Below, piece after piece: positions 10,999 to 20,662 of a DNA stretch of 64,000 nucleotides (within the stretch, counting starts at the first letter, position 1; the number at the start of each line of letters is the position of its first letter). The notes beneath the pieces were generated by a model. It did no database searches, had not been told where the DNA came from, and was given only the letters and a program-made list of their open reading frames with translations. A program made the position numbers and the translations under genes. The DNA is taken from NCBI GenBank assembly GCA_965224025.1, contig OZ245033.1, forward strand, positions 1,920,001 to 1,984,000, given 5' to 3'. The DNA is from Candidatus Multivorans sp. (GTDB taxonomy: Bacteria > Acidobacteriota > Thermoanaerobaculia > Multivoradales > Multivoraceae).

Positions 10999-12466
10999 GA
11001 ACTCTGGACTCTCCCCGGCGCGTCGGCTCACGTCTTTCGCAGACTCGGCCGCGACCAAGACCCAACCTGCCCCATCAATCCTCGAAGCTCGGGTTGTAGG
11101 CCACCGAATCGCGGAGTCCGAACAGTCCGAGCCCGTCGAGGAACTCCATCGGAAGTGCGGAGTGTATACGTCGCCGAAGGTGGCCGATGCCATCCTCGAC
11201 CAAGTCGGGTGGCGCGGCGACGCCGATCTCTCCAAGGCTCGTCTACTGGAACCGGCGGCGGGCAACGGCGAGTTCGTGCTCCAAGCCGCGAAGCGACTGG
11301 TTACCTCGTTCCGAGCACGAGACGTCGAGCCCCGGATCCGCGAACTGAGCGCCCGGATCACCGCTTTCGAGATTCACCCCGGCGCCGCGACCGAAGCCCG
11401 GAGTCGAGTAGAAGCCGGCCTTCGGGGCATTGACCTCCACCACAAGACGGCAGCCGCGTGCTCCGCCGCCTGGATCAGAACCTCCGACTTCCTGCTTTCC
11501 GCGCCAGCCGCCCGACCGTACTCCCACGTCGTCGGCAACCCGCCCTACATCCGCTGGTCCAAGATCCCAGCCCAGCTCAAATCCCTTTACGAGGAACGAC
11601 TCCCCTCCGCCATGACGCGCGGCGATCTATTCCTTCCATTCCTCGACCGGTCTCTCGACCTTCTCGACAGCAGCGGCAAGTGCGGCATTCTCTGCTCCGA
11701 CCGCTGGCTCTACATGGTATTCGCCCGGAGGTTCCGCGCAAAGTGGCTACCTCGCCTGACCATCGAGTCCAACGAGACCATCAACGCCAAAGACGCCTTC
11801 TCCAGTCCCGTCGCCACTTACCCGTCCATCCTCATCGCTACGAAACGCCGGGCCGCTCGCACCCAGACGCCAGCAGTCGTCCGCCATGCGGGCGAGACCC
11901 TGCAGGAACTCGGCTGCACGATCAAGGTCGGGCCGGCTCTGGGGCATACGCCCGCGTTCGTGATCGAGCCGGGCAAAGCCGACGTCGAAGCCGAACTGCT
12001 CCATCCTTGGCTCGATAGCTCCGAGGTCCTCGAAGGTGCCATCGCGTCGCGGGAGCGTCGCGTGATCGCCCTGTTCGACGACAACGGCGACCTCCTCGAG
12101 ATCGGCCGCTTTCCCCGCTTGGAACGCCGCCTTCGCCGCTTCGCACCGAAGCTCGAAGCGCGCTCCATCGTCAAGAATGGTGCCGTCTGGTATCGAACCA
12201 TCGACAGGGTGCGCCCCGCCGACTGGGTGCCGCCCAAGCTGCTGATTCCCGGTCTCGCAAAACTACCGCGAGTCGCTATCGACCGCTCGGGGGCCATACC
12301 CTCACACGGCGTCTACGCGGTCTTTCCCCCGGCCGGACACGCCGACGCGGTCTACGAGCGGCTCAGCGATGGCCAGCTTGCGACAGCGCTGGAGGGCGTT
12401 GCACCAAAACTCAAGCGGGGCTACGTGCGGTGCTACAAGCACTTCCTCGCAAAGATCCGGGTGTAA
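10997..12466 (+). CDS. N6-adenine DNA methyltransferase, gamma class (M.PaeR7I/M.XhoI-like)
   Basis: GVYTSP (X), EPAAGNGEF (I), GNPPY (IV); C-terminal WYRTIDRV..PKLLIP..PSHGVY resembles the PaeR7I/XhoI-family C-terminus; start could be 10970. Confidence 0.85.
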   Translation: MNSGLSPARRLTSFADSAATKTQPAPSILEARVVGHRIAESEQSEPVEELHRKCGVYTSPKVADAILDQVGWRGDADLSKARLLEPAAGNGEFVLQAAKRLVTSFRARDVEPRIRELSARITAFEIHPGAATEARSRVEAGLRGIDLHHKTAAACSAAWIRTSDFLLSAPAARPYSHVVGNPPYIRWSKIPAQLKSLYEERLPSAMTRGDLFLPFLDRSLDLLDSSGKCGILCSDRWLYMVFARRFRAKWLPRLTIESNETINAKDAFSSPVATYPSILIATKRRAARTQTPAVVRHAGETLQELGCTIKVGPALGHTPAFVIEPGKADVEAELLHPWLDSSEVLEGAIASRERRVIALFDDNGDLLEIGRFPRLERRLRRFAPKLEARSIVKNGAVWYRTIDRVRPADWVPPKLLIPGLAKLPRVAIDRSGAIPSHGVYAVFPPAGHADAVYERLSDGQLATALEGVAPKLKRGYVRCYKHFLAKIRV

Positions 12467-12551
12467 CGCCACGCCCTGCCAAACCTGGGATCCGGATCTC
12501 CTCCATCAGTGCCACGCACCGCGCCTTCGCCGGCACCTGCGCCGCCCCCGG

Positions 12552-13202
12552 TCAGTCGCCAGCGACACCCATCGCCCGGAGTCTGTTCAGGCAGGCACGG
12601 GCCTCTTCCGGCCGACTCGCCTTTTGCCACAGGCTCCTTACCACGGCTTCCACACCGTTCGGGTACCCGTGAACAGCCGTCAGCATGGCGAGGAACATGT
12701 CCAACCATGACTTCCCCGGCACCGGAAGCGCCGGGTAGCTGTCGGGAAGCCAACCCGGCAGACGTCTCACGTCTATGTCCTTCCCGCCGGGCACCTTGAT
12801 TCTCCGGGCCAACTGCATGTGCCAGTACTGATGACGGCTCTCACTCTCCCATTCCCGCTCAAACCGAAACGCAAGAGGAGCCCTTTCCCCAGCGCCCTCG
12901 TCCCCTTGCTGAGCGAGCAGAAGCAGAACCAAGGAAACCAGATCTCCACCCTGCAGCAACGGCAGGAAGAACCACCATTCGTAACCGGATCGCCTCAATC
13001 TGGGCAGATCTACCATCGGCAGGAACCTCGGATCGTTGCCCTTGAAAACCTGTGTCACTCCTGCTTCGTTGTCAACAATCCGGCCACCCCCTATGAGGCG
13101 CTTGGCAGCCCTACGCGAATCGCTATTCGCCGGCTGTGTCCACTCTCTCACGCCCCGTAGCGCATAGAGCCGCATGAGCTCCCTATTCTTTGCTCCAATC
13201 AT
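12552..13202 (-). CDS. Hypothetical protein with FRFE...HxxxHxQ motif, last gene of kinase-receiver operon
   Basis: 216-aa ORF starting 18 nt after the receiver gene stop; GAGG-like RBS. Confidence 0.65.
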   Translation of the reverse strand: MIGAKNRELMRLYALRGVREWTQPANSDSRRAAKRLIGGGRIVDNEAGVTQVFKGNDPRFLPMVDLPRLRRSGYEWWFFLPLLQGGDLVSLVLLLLAQQGDEGAGERAPLAFRFEREWESESRHQYWHMQLARRIKVPGGKDIDVRRLPGWLPDSYPALPVPGKSWLDMFLAMLTAVHGYPNGVEAVVRSLWQKASRPEEARACLNRLRAMGVAGD

Positions 13203-13220
13203 TGGCCCTCTCTTCGGCCG

Positions 13221-14528
13221 CTATAGAGCGAACCGGCTCTTCGGGGTATAGCCCCAATCGTCCAGGAAGGCCACATGCCGTTGGCTCCACTCACCCTCCA
13301 CTTCCGCGACGAATTCCCGCGGCCCATCTCCCCCGCTTTCAACAGCCAGACCGAACCTTGACTGGTCCTCACAAAACACGGCGCGCTCCCACGGACTGTC
13401 GTCCTCATAGAACATCGCGTGGAGCTCGACGTCGCCATCCAGCTTCGGCCACCAGAAACAGGTCCGCCCTGTCCAAACCTCCTGGCGATACCGGGCCACC
13501 TCCAGAAACCGCCGAAAGGTCTTCTCCTCAAGAGCGAACGGCGGTTCACTTGCCGCGACCGCCTGGTTCCAGCGCTGCAGCACACCAGCACCATCGCCGA
13601 GAAGAAATGGCATTCGCATCAGGAGATGCGGCACATCTACAAGCACCGATTGAGGGGCGATGACGTCCCGCCTGAACCAACGGTCAAGCTCCGCCGCAAC
13701 GACTCGGGCCACAACCTGCCGAGAAGCCTCGTGCACTGGGTCCCCTTCCGAGGCGGCTCGTAAGCCAGCCGTGATCACTTTCCGCTCACTCGGAATCGGA
13801 AGAGAGCGGCCGGACGACCCGAAAAAGTCCAGGAAGGTCACCGCCTCAAGGGCTGCATCGTCCTCTGATTCTGGCGATAGTGCGCCCTTGGCATGGCGGG
13901 AAAGGTGCACGACGGATCCCCGGTCAAAGGCCACAGCGTCGAGGATCGGCTTCTCCAGTGAGTCCTGGACCAACTTCTCTTGACAACGGCGCCTCGCAGG
14001 CACCTCGTCCAGGCTCGGCCAGTACCACGGAAGGAAGCCCTTGCCCTCCCGCCTCCGCGACCCAGTCCACAGGCCGTGGTTCTTGAGATGCGGAAGGTTC
14101 AACGCCAGGTCAGCGGTCGTCTGATAGTCGCCAACCAAGTAGCGAAGATCAAAGTCCGTCTGCGGATTCTTGTTGAGCGACACTATGTAGGGAATGTCGG
14201 TAAAGGCGCGAACCAGCCCCGCCAGCCCTTCCGCCGTGTGGCGTGCGCCGCCAACGTCCAGCTCAGCCAAGTTGTTATCCAGGATCATCAAGTCACTGCC
14301 GGCGCTGGCGAACAGCGGGTCGCTGCACGACGCGCCTGCATCCGCCGCGTCGCTCAAGAACCGCCGACCATGGTCGACGAGCGCGTTCATAGCGCGCTCA
14401 AAGTCCTTGAAAGGAACGACGATCACTTCGTGGTCGACGCCGGCTGCATCGATGGCCTCTTTCGCCTCTTGGCCACGCTTCGGCACATCGTCACATACGA
14501 GGATCCTCACTTCGTTGCCCCTTTCCAC
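13221..14528 (-). CDS. Receiver (REC)-domain protein with large unknown C-terminal region
   Basis: ILVCDD acidic pair, DLMILDNNL phosphoacceptor-like Asp, IVSL; overlaps the kinase 3' end. Confidence 0.75.
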   Translation of the reverse strand: MERGNEVRILVCDDVPKRGQEAKEAIDAAGVDHEVIVVPFKDFERAMNALVDHGRRFLSDAADAGASCSDPLFASAGSDLMILDNNLAELDVGGARHTAEGLAGLVRAFTDIPYIVSLNKNPQTDFDLRYLVGDYQTTADLALNLPHLKNHGLWTGSRRREGKGFLPWYWPSLDEVPARRRCQEKLVQDSLEKPILDAVAFDRGSVVHLSRHAKGALSPESEDDAALEAVTFLDFFGSSGRSLPIPSERKVITAGLRAASEGDPVHEASRQVVARVVAAELDRWFRRDVIAPQSVLVDVPHLLMRMPFLLGDGAGVLQRWNQAVAASEPPFALEEKTFRRFLEVARYRQEVWTGRTCFWWPKLDGDVELHAMFYEDDSPWERAVFCEDQSRFGLAVESGGDGPREFVAEVEGEWSQRHVAFLDDWGYTPKSRFAL

Positions 14529-16756
14529 GAGAGCTCGATGGACGTGGAGAAGCCGGAACGCGGTCTCACAAACACGGCGCGCACTCCCCTTCGGGCGGCG
14601 ATTAGCCGTACCAAGGCGAGACCCAGTCCCTGACCGCCCATTGCCACCGGCCGATTTCGATCACTGATGCGAAGCCGGCGCTCGAATGGTTCGAACAGCG
14701 CCGGTGCCTCTCCGAGCGGGACACCCAGACCGACGCCCGTGTCGCTCACGCGAAGCCACTCCCGGAATCGCCCCTTGCGACCGCCGTCGAAGGCTACGGA
14801 AGCCTCTTCCGCATCAAGCATGGCGTTCCAAGCGTTGGACAGCAGGTTCTGGAGAACGGCGTTCCAATCGGCAAACGAACCGACCGGGAACCGAAGATCT
14901 TCGGGCACGTCGACAACTTCAAACGCCACGCCAGGCACAATGGGCCGCATGGCGCGGACGACGCTGCCGACAACAGGACCAACGCGAAGACGCGCCGTAG
15001 CCTCCCTGTCTTCCTCGGACACCAAGGGAGCAAAGAGCTCTTGGAGTGCCCGAAAGCGGCTCCCGGCGTCCGAAAGGTCCCTTGCAATCTCCGCGAGTTC
15101 CGGAGTCTCCAGTCTCGCAGCAACCGCAATCAGTCTATCGGCAAGTCTACTCACGAGCTCGGTTTCGCGAGCGAGCTCATGATTCAGGGCAAGCGCGGTC
15201 ATACCCGCAGTAGCCAGCGGGGCCAACAGTACCGCTCGCCGGTCCGTCTCCTCCTCTGCCTTCTTGGAAGCCTTCTCCGCCGCTACGACCGCACTCCTGA
15301 CTTCCCGGAAAACAACCCGCGGCATCGCGTCCCGGTTCCGGTCCAACGCCGTCACCGCCCTGCGAACGGTTCGTGCCGGTGACTCCTTGGCACGCACTTT
15401 CTCGGCCGCCTGGGCCGCCAGCATCCGATAGCGACTGGCATAGAAGTCCAAGGAGAACCGGACGAGATCGCCGAGTTGCTCGAACGCGGCGTTCTCGGCG
15501 AGCCGGTCTCGACCCGGCGAGAGCTGGAGCGACTGGCCCGGCACCACGCGAGTTCTCTCTGCGAGCCCTCGTTCGTGGTTGGTGTCGATCTCCACCGCAC
15601 CGAAGATCCTGCCTGGGGCGGGCAGATCCAATAGGTAGCGCCCTTCGACATTCAGCCGTGCGGGAAGGAGTTCGGAGGCAATCAACCGGCGACCTTGATC
15701 TCTTGTCACGTTCAACCAATCCTGCGATGCACCGTAGTAGGGGAGCCTGAACCCGCTGTCATAAACCGAGACGTTGCCGTACCGGCGCAGGTACTCCCTG
15801 ACTTCTCCAACTGCCAACCCACCTGGCTGCCTTCCTTCCGTCTTGAAGACCAGAATCTCGAATTTCGTGTGATCTATGGCACACGGGATGCTAGGACTTC
15901 TGGTCGGCCGGGACCTAATCGGCAGCGACATTCTCTCTCTGAAAGATCTAACCGCCTCTTGGCCCTCCGGATAGCCTGGCTTGAACTCCACCTCTACCGT
16001 CGCCTCTCCTCCACCCCGCCCGTCCCTGAGCCGCCCTCTGATCTTCGCCTTCCAGTTCTGGAACAGGGCGGTTTGCAGCTTGTCGAAGGCCTCCTTCGCG
16101 TGCCGGATCGCCGGTGCGTCGATGGCGATATGAAAGTCCAGCGCCGAACGTTCAGCCCGGTGAACCGGCGGTGCCCCGGACGGCGGTCGCAGCAGCCAGA
16201 TTTCTTGACCCAGCTTCTCGATCTCCTCCGTGTCCCACTCCCTCCTGAGCTTCTTGAGCACGATCCGGGTACCTGAGTTCCCAGCGATCGGACAGGTCAT
16301 CGGTGTGTCGCGCACCTCCCAGAGAACGTTCACCGTCTCCAAGTCCTGGCCCCGTCGAACAGCGGTCCAGTCGACGATCGCGTAGAGATGGCGTGAAGGG
16401 TCGTCGGCCGTGGAACTCTCAAGAGTCATTTCGTCAGCCAGGAACTGGACCGAAAGACGACCGATTCCCTTCGAGCCCGTCATCGGCCGACAAAGACCCC
16501 GCGACTCACGCGTCACCGTTTTGTGCGTCGTGCCGAGACGCATCCAATGCGCGTGGAACTCTCGCCGAGAAATGCCGTGCCCGTTGTCAGATACGATAAT
16601 CTCGTCGTCGCGGAATTCGATCCGACAATCGGTCGCGTCCGCGTCGTACGAGTTCTTGAGGAGTTCTGCCAGCGCTATGTACGAACGACCGATCAGTCGT
16701 TCACCCAACTCCTGCACCAAGGCAGCGTCTACCGTGAACTTTGCGGATTTCATCAT
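14507..16756 (-). CDS. MORC/MutL-type GHKL ATPase fused to histidine kinase
   Basis: N-term ELLKNSYDA, DNGHG, GSKGIGRLS, GTRI; C-term H-box LNHEL, N-box NLLSNA, DTGVG, FEPF, GQGLGL. Confidence 0.88.
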   Translation of the reverse strand: MMKSAKFTVDAALVQELGERLIGRSYIALAELLKNSYDADATDCRIEFRDDEIIVSDNGHGISRREFHAHWMRLGTTHKTVTRESRGLCRPMTGSKGIGRLSVQFLADEMTLESSTADDPSRHLYAIVDWTAVRRGQDLETVNVLWEVRDTPMTCPIAGNSGTRIVLKKLRREWDTEEIEKLGQEIWLLRPPSGAPPVHRAERSALDFHIAIDAPAIRHAKEAFDKLQTALFQNWKAKIRGRLRDGRGGGEATVEVEFKPGYPEGQEAVRSFRERMSLPIRSRPTRSPSIPCAIDHTKFEILVFKTEGRQPGGLAVGEVREYLRRYGNVSVYDSGFRLPYYGASQDWLNVTRDQGRRLIASELLPARLNVEGRYLLDLPAPGRIFGAVEIDTNHERGLAERTRVVPGQSLQLSPGRDRLAENAAFEQLGDLVRFSLDFYASRYRMLAAQAAEKVRAKESPARTVRRAVTALDRNRDAMPRVVFREVRSAVVAAEKASKKAEEETDRRAVLLAPLATAGMTALALNHELARETELVSRLADRLIAVAARLETPELAEIARDLSDAGSRFRALQELFAPLVSEEDREATARLRVGPVVGSVVRAMRPIVPGVAFEVVDVPEDLRFPVGSFADWNAVLQNLLSNAWNAMLDAEEASVAFDGGRKGRFREWLRVSDTGVGLGVPLGEAPALFEPFERRLRISDRNRPVAMGGQGLGLALVRLIAARRGVRAVFVRPRSGFSTSIELSWKGATK

Positions 16757-16853
16757 GCGCTAGGACCGCCGTGCCAACGCCTTGGGGACCGCGAGACGAC
16801 GAATCTGCTCGCAGATGACCACTGAGAAAGTACCCGATAGAGCCTCGGCTGAG

Positions 16854-17279
16854 ATGCCGGTGGACCCGGCGCGTTCCGCGCTGATGGGGAGAGTTCGCGG
16901 GCGGGATACGAAGCCCGAGTTAGTCGTTCGTAGAACGGCACACGCCTTGGGCCACCGCTTCCGGCTTCACCGACGGGACCTGCCTGGTACGCCCGATCTC
17001 GTCTTCCCGCGGCTCCGCAAGGTGGTCTTGGTCCACGGGTGCTTCTGGCATCGGCACCCCGGCTGCCCACGGACGACGACACCGAGGACCCGTGTCGCCT
17101 AATGGCAGGACAAGTTCCGCAAGAACATCGAGCGAGACCGGCGGAGAATCCGGGAACTGCGGACGCTGGGTTGGGACGTGCTCGTCGTATGGGAATGCGA
17201 GACGTTCGAACGCACGAAGGTGCGGGCGTCGCTGTCCAGGTACCTCGACTGCCCTCCGCTTGGGCAGCCGGCCCCGTGA
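16854..17279 (+). pseudogene. vsr: Very short patch repair endonuclease with in-frame TAA at 17100-17102
   Basis: RSALMGRVRGRDTKPE, LPGTPDLVF, HGCFWHRH, then stop, then WQDKFRKNIERD...GWDVLVVWECE in the same frame. Confidence 0.9.
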
Positions 17280-20200
17280 CTCTCGCCGACATCGCCGGGC
17301 CGGCGAGGGCCGAAACGGGGCTCCTGCCCGGCACATCGCAATCCGCTTCCATCAACCCCTTCCGTATCGTCGTTCGAAGGCCGTCCACGCGACCCGGTAG
17401 TCCGCCTCGCGGTCGCAACGGTCGAACGGAGCATGGTACTCGATGGTCCGTTCGACGGGGCCGCCGGGGAGGGTGTCGTCGGTGATACGGCGGGTCACGA
17501 CAGCCTCCTCGATGCCGTTGATGTCCTCCCAGCCCAAGGCGATGCCGTCCCGGTCGGTTCCCAGCGTGCGCAGGCCGTAGGCCGTGTCGCCCTTGCGCGC
17601 CTTTCGAGGCAGGCCGACGCCGGGAAGGCCCTTGGAGACGGTGAAGACGATGCGGCCGTTCCGGTCGTACCAGGTGTCGGCCTCGTAGTGGCGCATGACG
17701 GGGAACTGGACCCGGTAGACAGTCAGGAGCTCTTCCAGGGTCAGGCCGAGGGCCATCGCGGTGAGGACATCGATCTCGACGAGGGCTTGCCGGCGGGCGT
17801 AGTCGGTCCGCAGAGCGACCTCCCAGCGCCATTCCGGCGTGAGTTGGGCGAAGTCCTGCGGCAGACGGGGGCCCCTTTTCGCCCAGGCGTCCGTTCGGAA
17901 CGCTTCAATGGCCGGAGGGCCACCACCCAACGCGAGGCTCTCCGAGCCGAAGGTGGCTCCCGCACCAGCCGCCCGGCTACGAGCACCCACTAACTCCCCG
18001 GTGCAGATCTCGGACCACAGATCGGCGTAGTGGCTGGTCAGGCAGCAGAGACTGAGGGCCCTGATCCGAAGCGCGTTCCGAATGCGCGGGTCGCAGGCTT
18101 CTCCCAGTATCGGCAGGCGGCTCAACCAAGAAACGTTGACTTCCCCGGTACCTGCGCTCTTGACGAAGAAATCGAGAACGACGGACATTGATAGCGCCGC
18201 GAAGTCCAAGCAGGTCTCTGCCCTGCCGAAGACGTTAGCCATAACGGTGTTGATCAGGGCCGCGTCCCGAGGAACGAGAGCAGAGATCAAAGACCGCTCG
18301 GCCAGAGGGCCGACCATCCTTCGGTTCACGACACGCCAGTACTCCGTCGCCTTCAGAGGCCATCCTCGTTCCGGGCTCGACCACGGCACAGCAGGCGTTC
18401 GCCGTTCGTACTCTCTCCGCCCGCACGCCGCCACGTAGTTCCCTCGCGGCAGATAGTCCGCCGGGAGCGTGGTCAGGTCCAAGACGTCGTAGTCGCTATT
18501 CTTCGTGCAGGTCCTTCGCGGTGTCTTGTTGAACGGGTTGCCCACGAAGAAGTGCGGCCCCGAGAAGATCAGGTCCGCCGGCGTTTCCGGAAACGCGGTC
18601 TGTCTTCGAATGGTCGCATCCTTCTGCGAAGCGGTTTCGTGCCAATGAGAGGTCACGAAGAAGTCGTCCTTCAAGTCGCCGAGTCGCCGCTGATGCTCGG
18701 CGAACTTGCGGAGCACGGCCAGCAGCACCCTCGAATGCAGGGCCGGCAACCGCGCCTGTAACGATGGAGTCCCGGACGGGTCATACAACCTCGCGAAGGT
18801 GCTCAGGCCGTGGACGTCGATCTCGACGATCCGGTGCTCATGGCCGACGATGCTCCAGTTGTTCGCGTCATCCTTGATGCTGGGCACGGGCCCGGCGCCG
18901 TCGTGCTCCAAACAGGCATCCACCGTCGCAGGAGCGAAGAGGTTGGCGATATGAGCGAATCGGGGCGACGACCGCCGCTCACCGTACACATTGACGCTGA
19001 ACAGGGTGTGGTGATCAACCTCGGGGAACAGTCGTTTCTCGTTCTGAAACTGGAAGTGCCCACGGAGTCGCAGATAGAGCGCCTGTCTGAGCTCCCCGCC
19101 CTTCGGGTCGTCGTACACTCCCTCGGGATGCAGGAACCCTGCCACGCCTGCCTCGCTCGCCACCATCCATGCCTGCGGGGCGAAGCACTTGTACAGATTC
19201 GCCTGCTGACCGGAGAGTAACGGATAGTTCTGCAGCGCACTCAGGTACGTCCGCATCGCCTCCGCCGCTTCCAACGCGGTGAGCCAAGCGTTCCGCAAAC
19301 CTGCATACCGGTTGAGGGCTGCACCGCGCAGACCGGCGAGCGCGGCTGCCGAGTAGCCGCGAAGCGCGAGGAGCGGATTGTAGTCCCCCAGCAAGTCGCC
19401 CTCCTCCCATCTCACCTTCACCCACGGCGGATTCCCCACCACCAGATCGAAGCCGCCACGGATCTCCCCACCGGCCCGCTCCCCGTAGAACACGTCCGCG
19501 AACGCCAACTCCCAGTGGTGGCAGCGGTGCCGCGCCGCCAGTTCGTCGACGAACTTCAGCCGCGGAAACTGCTCGAACAGTTTGTCGAGGTCCAGCATCC
19601 CGATCGCGTTCGTGATCCGTTTGGCGATCTCGTCCCCGTGCTCAGCGTACTCCTCGCCGAACAAGTCGGCGGTCTGGTTCGGCCCGAGGCCGGGCTGAAA
19701 CACGGAGCCGGTGAGGACCAGAGTGATCTCGTTCAGGAAGTCGTCGCGGTCCGGCAGTTGGTCCGCCTTCTCGATGGGCCAGAACCAGAGAGCGCACCAG
19801 TAGTCCATGACCAGCTTCAGACGCCGGTAGGGGCTCGCCGTGCGCCCGCTCTCACTGAGTACACCCTGGGCGCGGATGCGGTCCTTCCAGGCGTTCGTCG
19901 TGAGGCGCTCGCGCTCCGCGGGCGGCTGGCCCCACACGGGCAGGGTGTCCTCTGTTGCCCGGTGGTCGCGGGCGAGCTGCTCGGAGTGAAGGGCCCAGAG
20001 TTCGTCCACCCGGTCGGAGAGCCTCTCAAGCTCGGCAATCTGGTCGCCAGCAAACGGCCGAACGAAGTCCCTGCGCCACTTCGAAGTGCGCTCGAAGCTC
20101 TCGGGCGCCAGTTCCTTCGCCGCCTTGTTCCGGTAGTTCGCCATGCCGGGGTCGGGGACGAGAAAGTGGTACACGGCACCGGGCGGTCGCCGCGGCGCGT

Positions 20201-20662
20201 GGGTCAGCGGTTCGACCCGTTCCGGCGGTTCGTTGAACCAGAGGTCGGCCTTCCGTTTCTGGCGACGCAACCTCGCCGAAGGGAACACCTGGCGCCTCGC
20301 GCCCACCAGCGAGTTGCCGCACAGGAGTTGGTAGCCGAACCACGGCACGTGGCCGTCTTGGTGGATGCAGTTCAGCCACAACGAGACCTCCGCCAGTTCA
20401 AGCGCCACGGGGTTCAGGTCCACCCCGTAGACGTTGCGGTCCGCGATGTAGTGCCGGACCTTCTGTAGCTCGCCGGCGTATTCGTCGTGCGGGATGCGAT
20501 CGCCCAGTTCGGCCTGCTTGCGGTCGAGGTACTTCTCGGCAAGCTGGTTCACGGCCTCGTTGAGGAACGCAGCGGAACCCATTGCCGGCTCGCACACGGT
20601 GAGGTCCAGGATGCGGTCGGCGGGCATGTCGTCCGGGATGAGTTCCTTGAGCGAGTACTTGA

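Noticed and set aside
9856-11361. 501-aa extended dcm ORF
   Set aside because: The extension is antisense to the adenine MTase; motif I places the start at 10998
16753-17352. Minus-strand ORF starting at the TGATG overlap with the MTase stop (MEADCDV...)
   Set aside because: Lies antisense to vsr with low-complexity Arg/Pro/Ala content; at most the first codons are a relic
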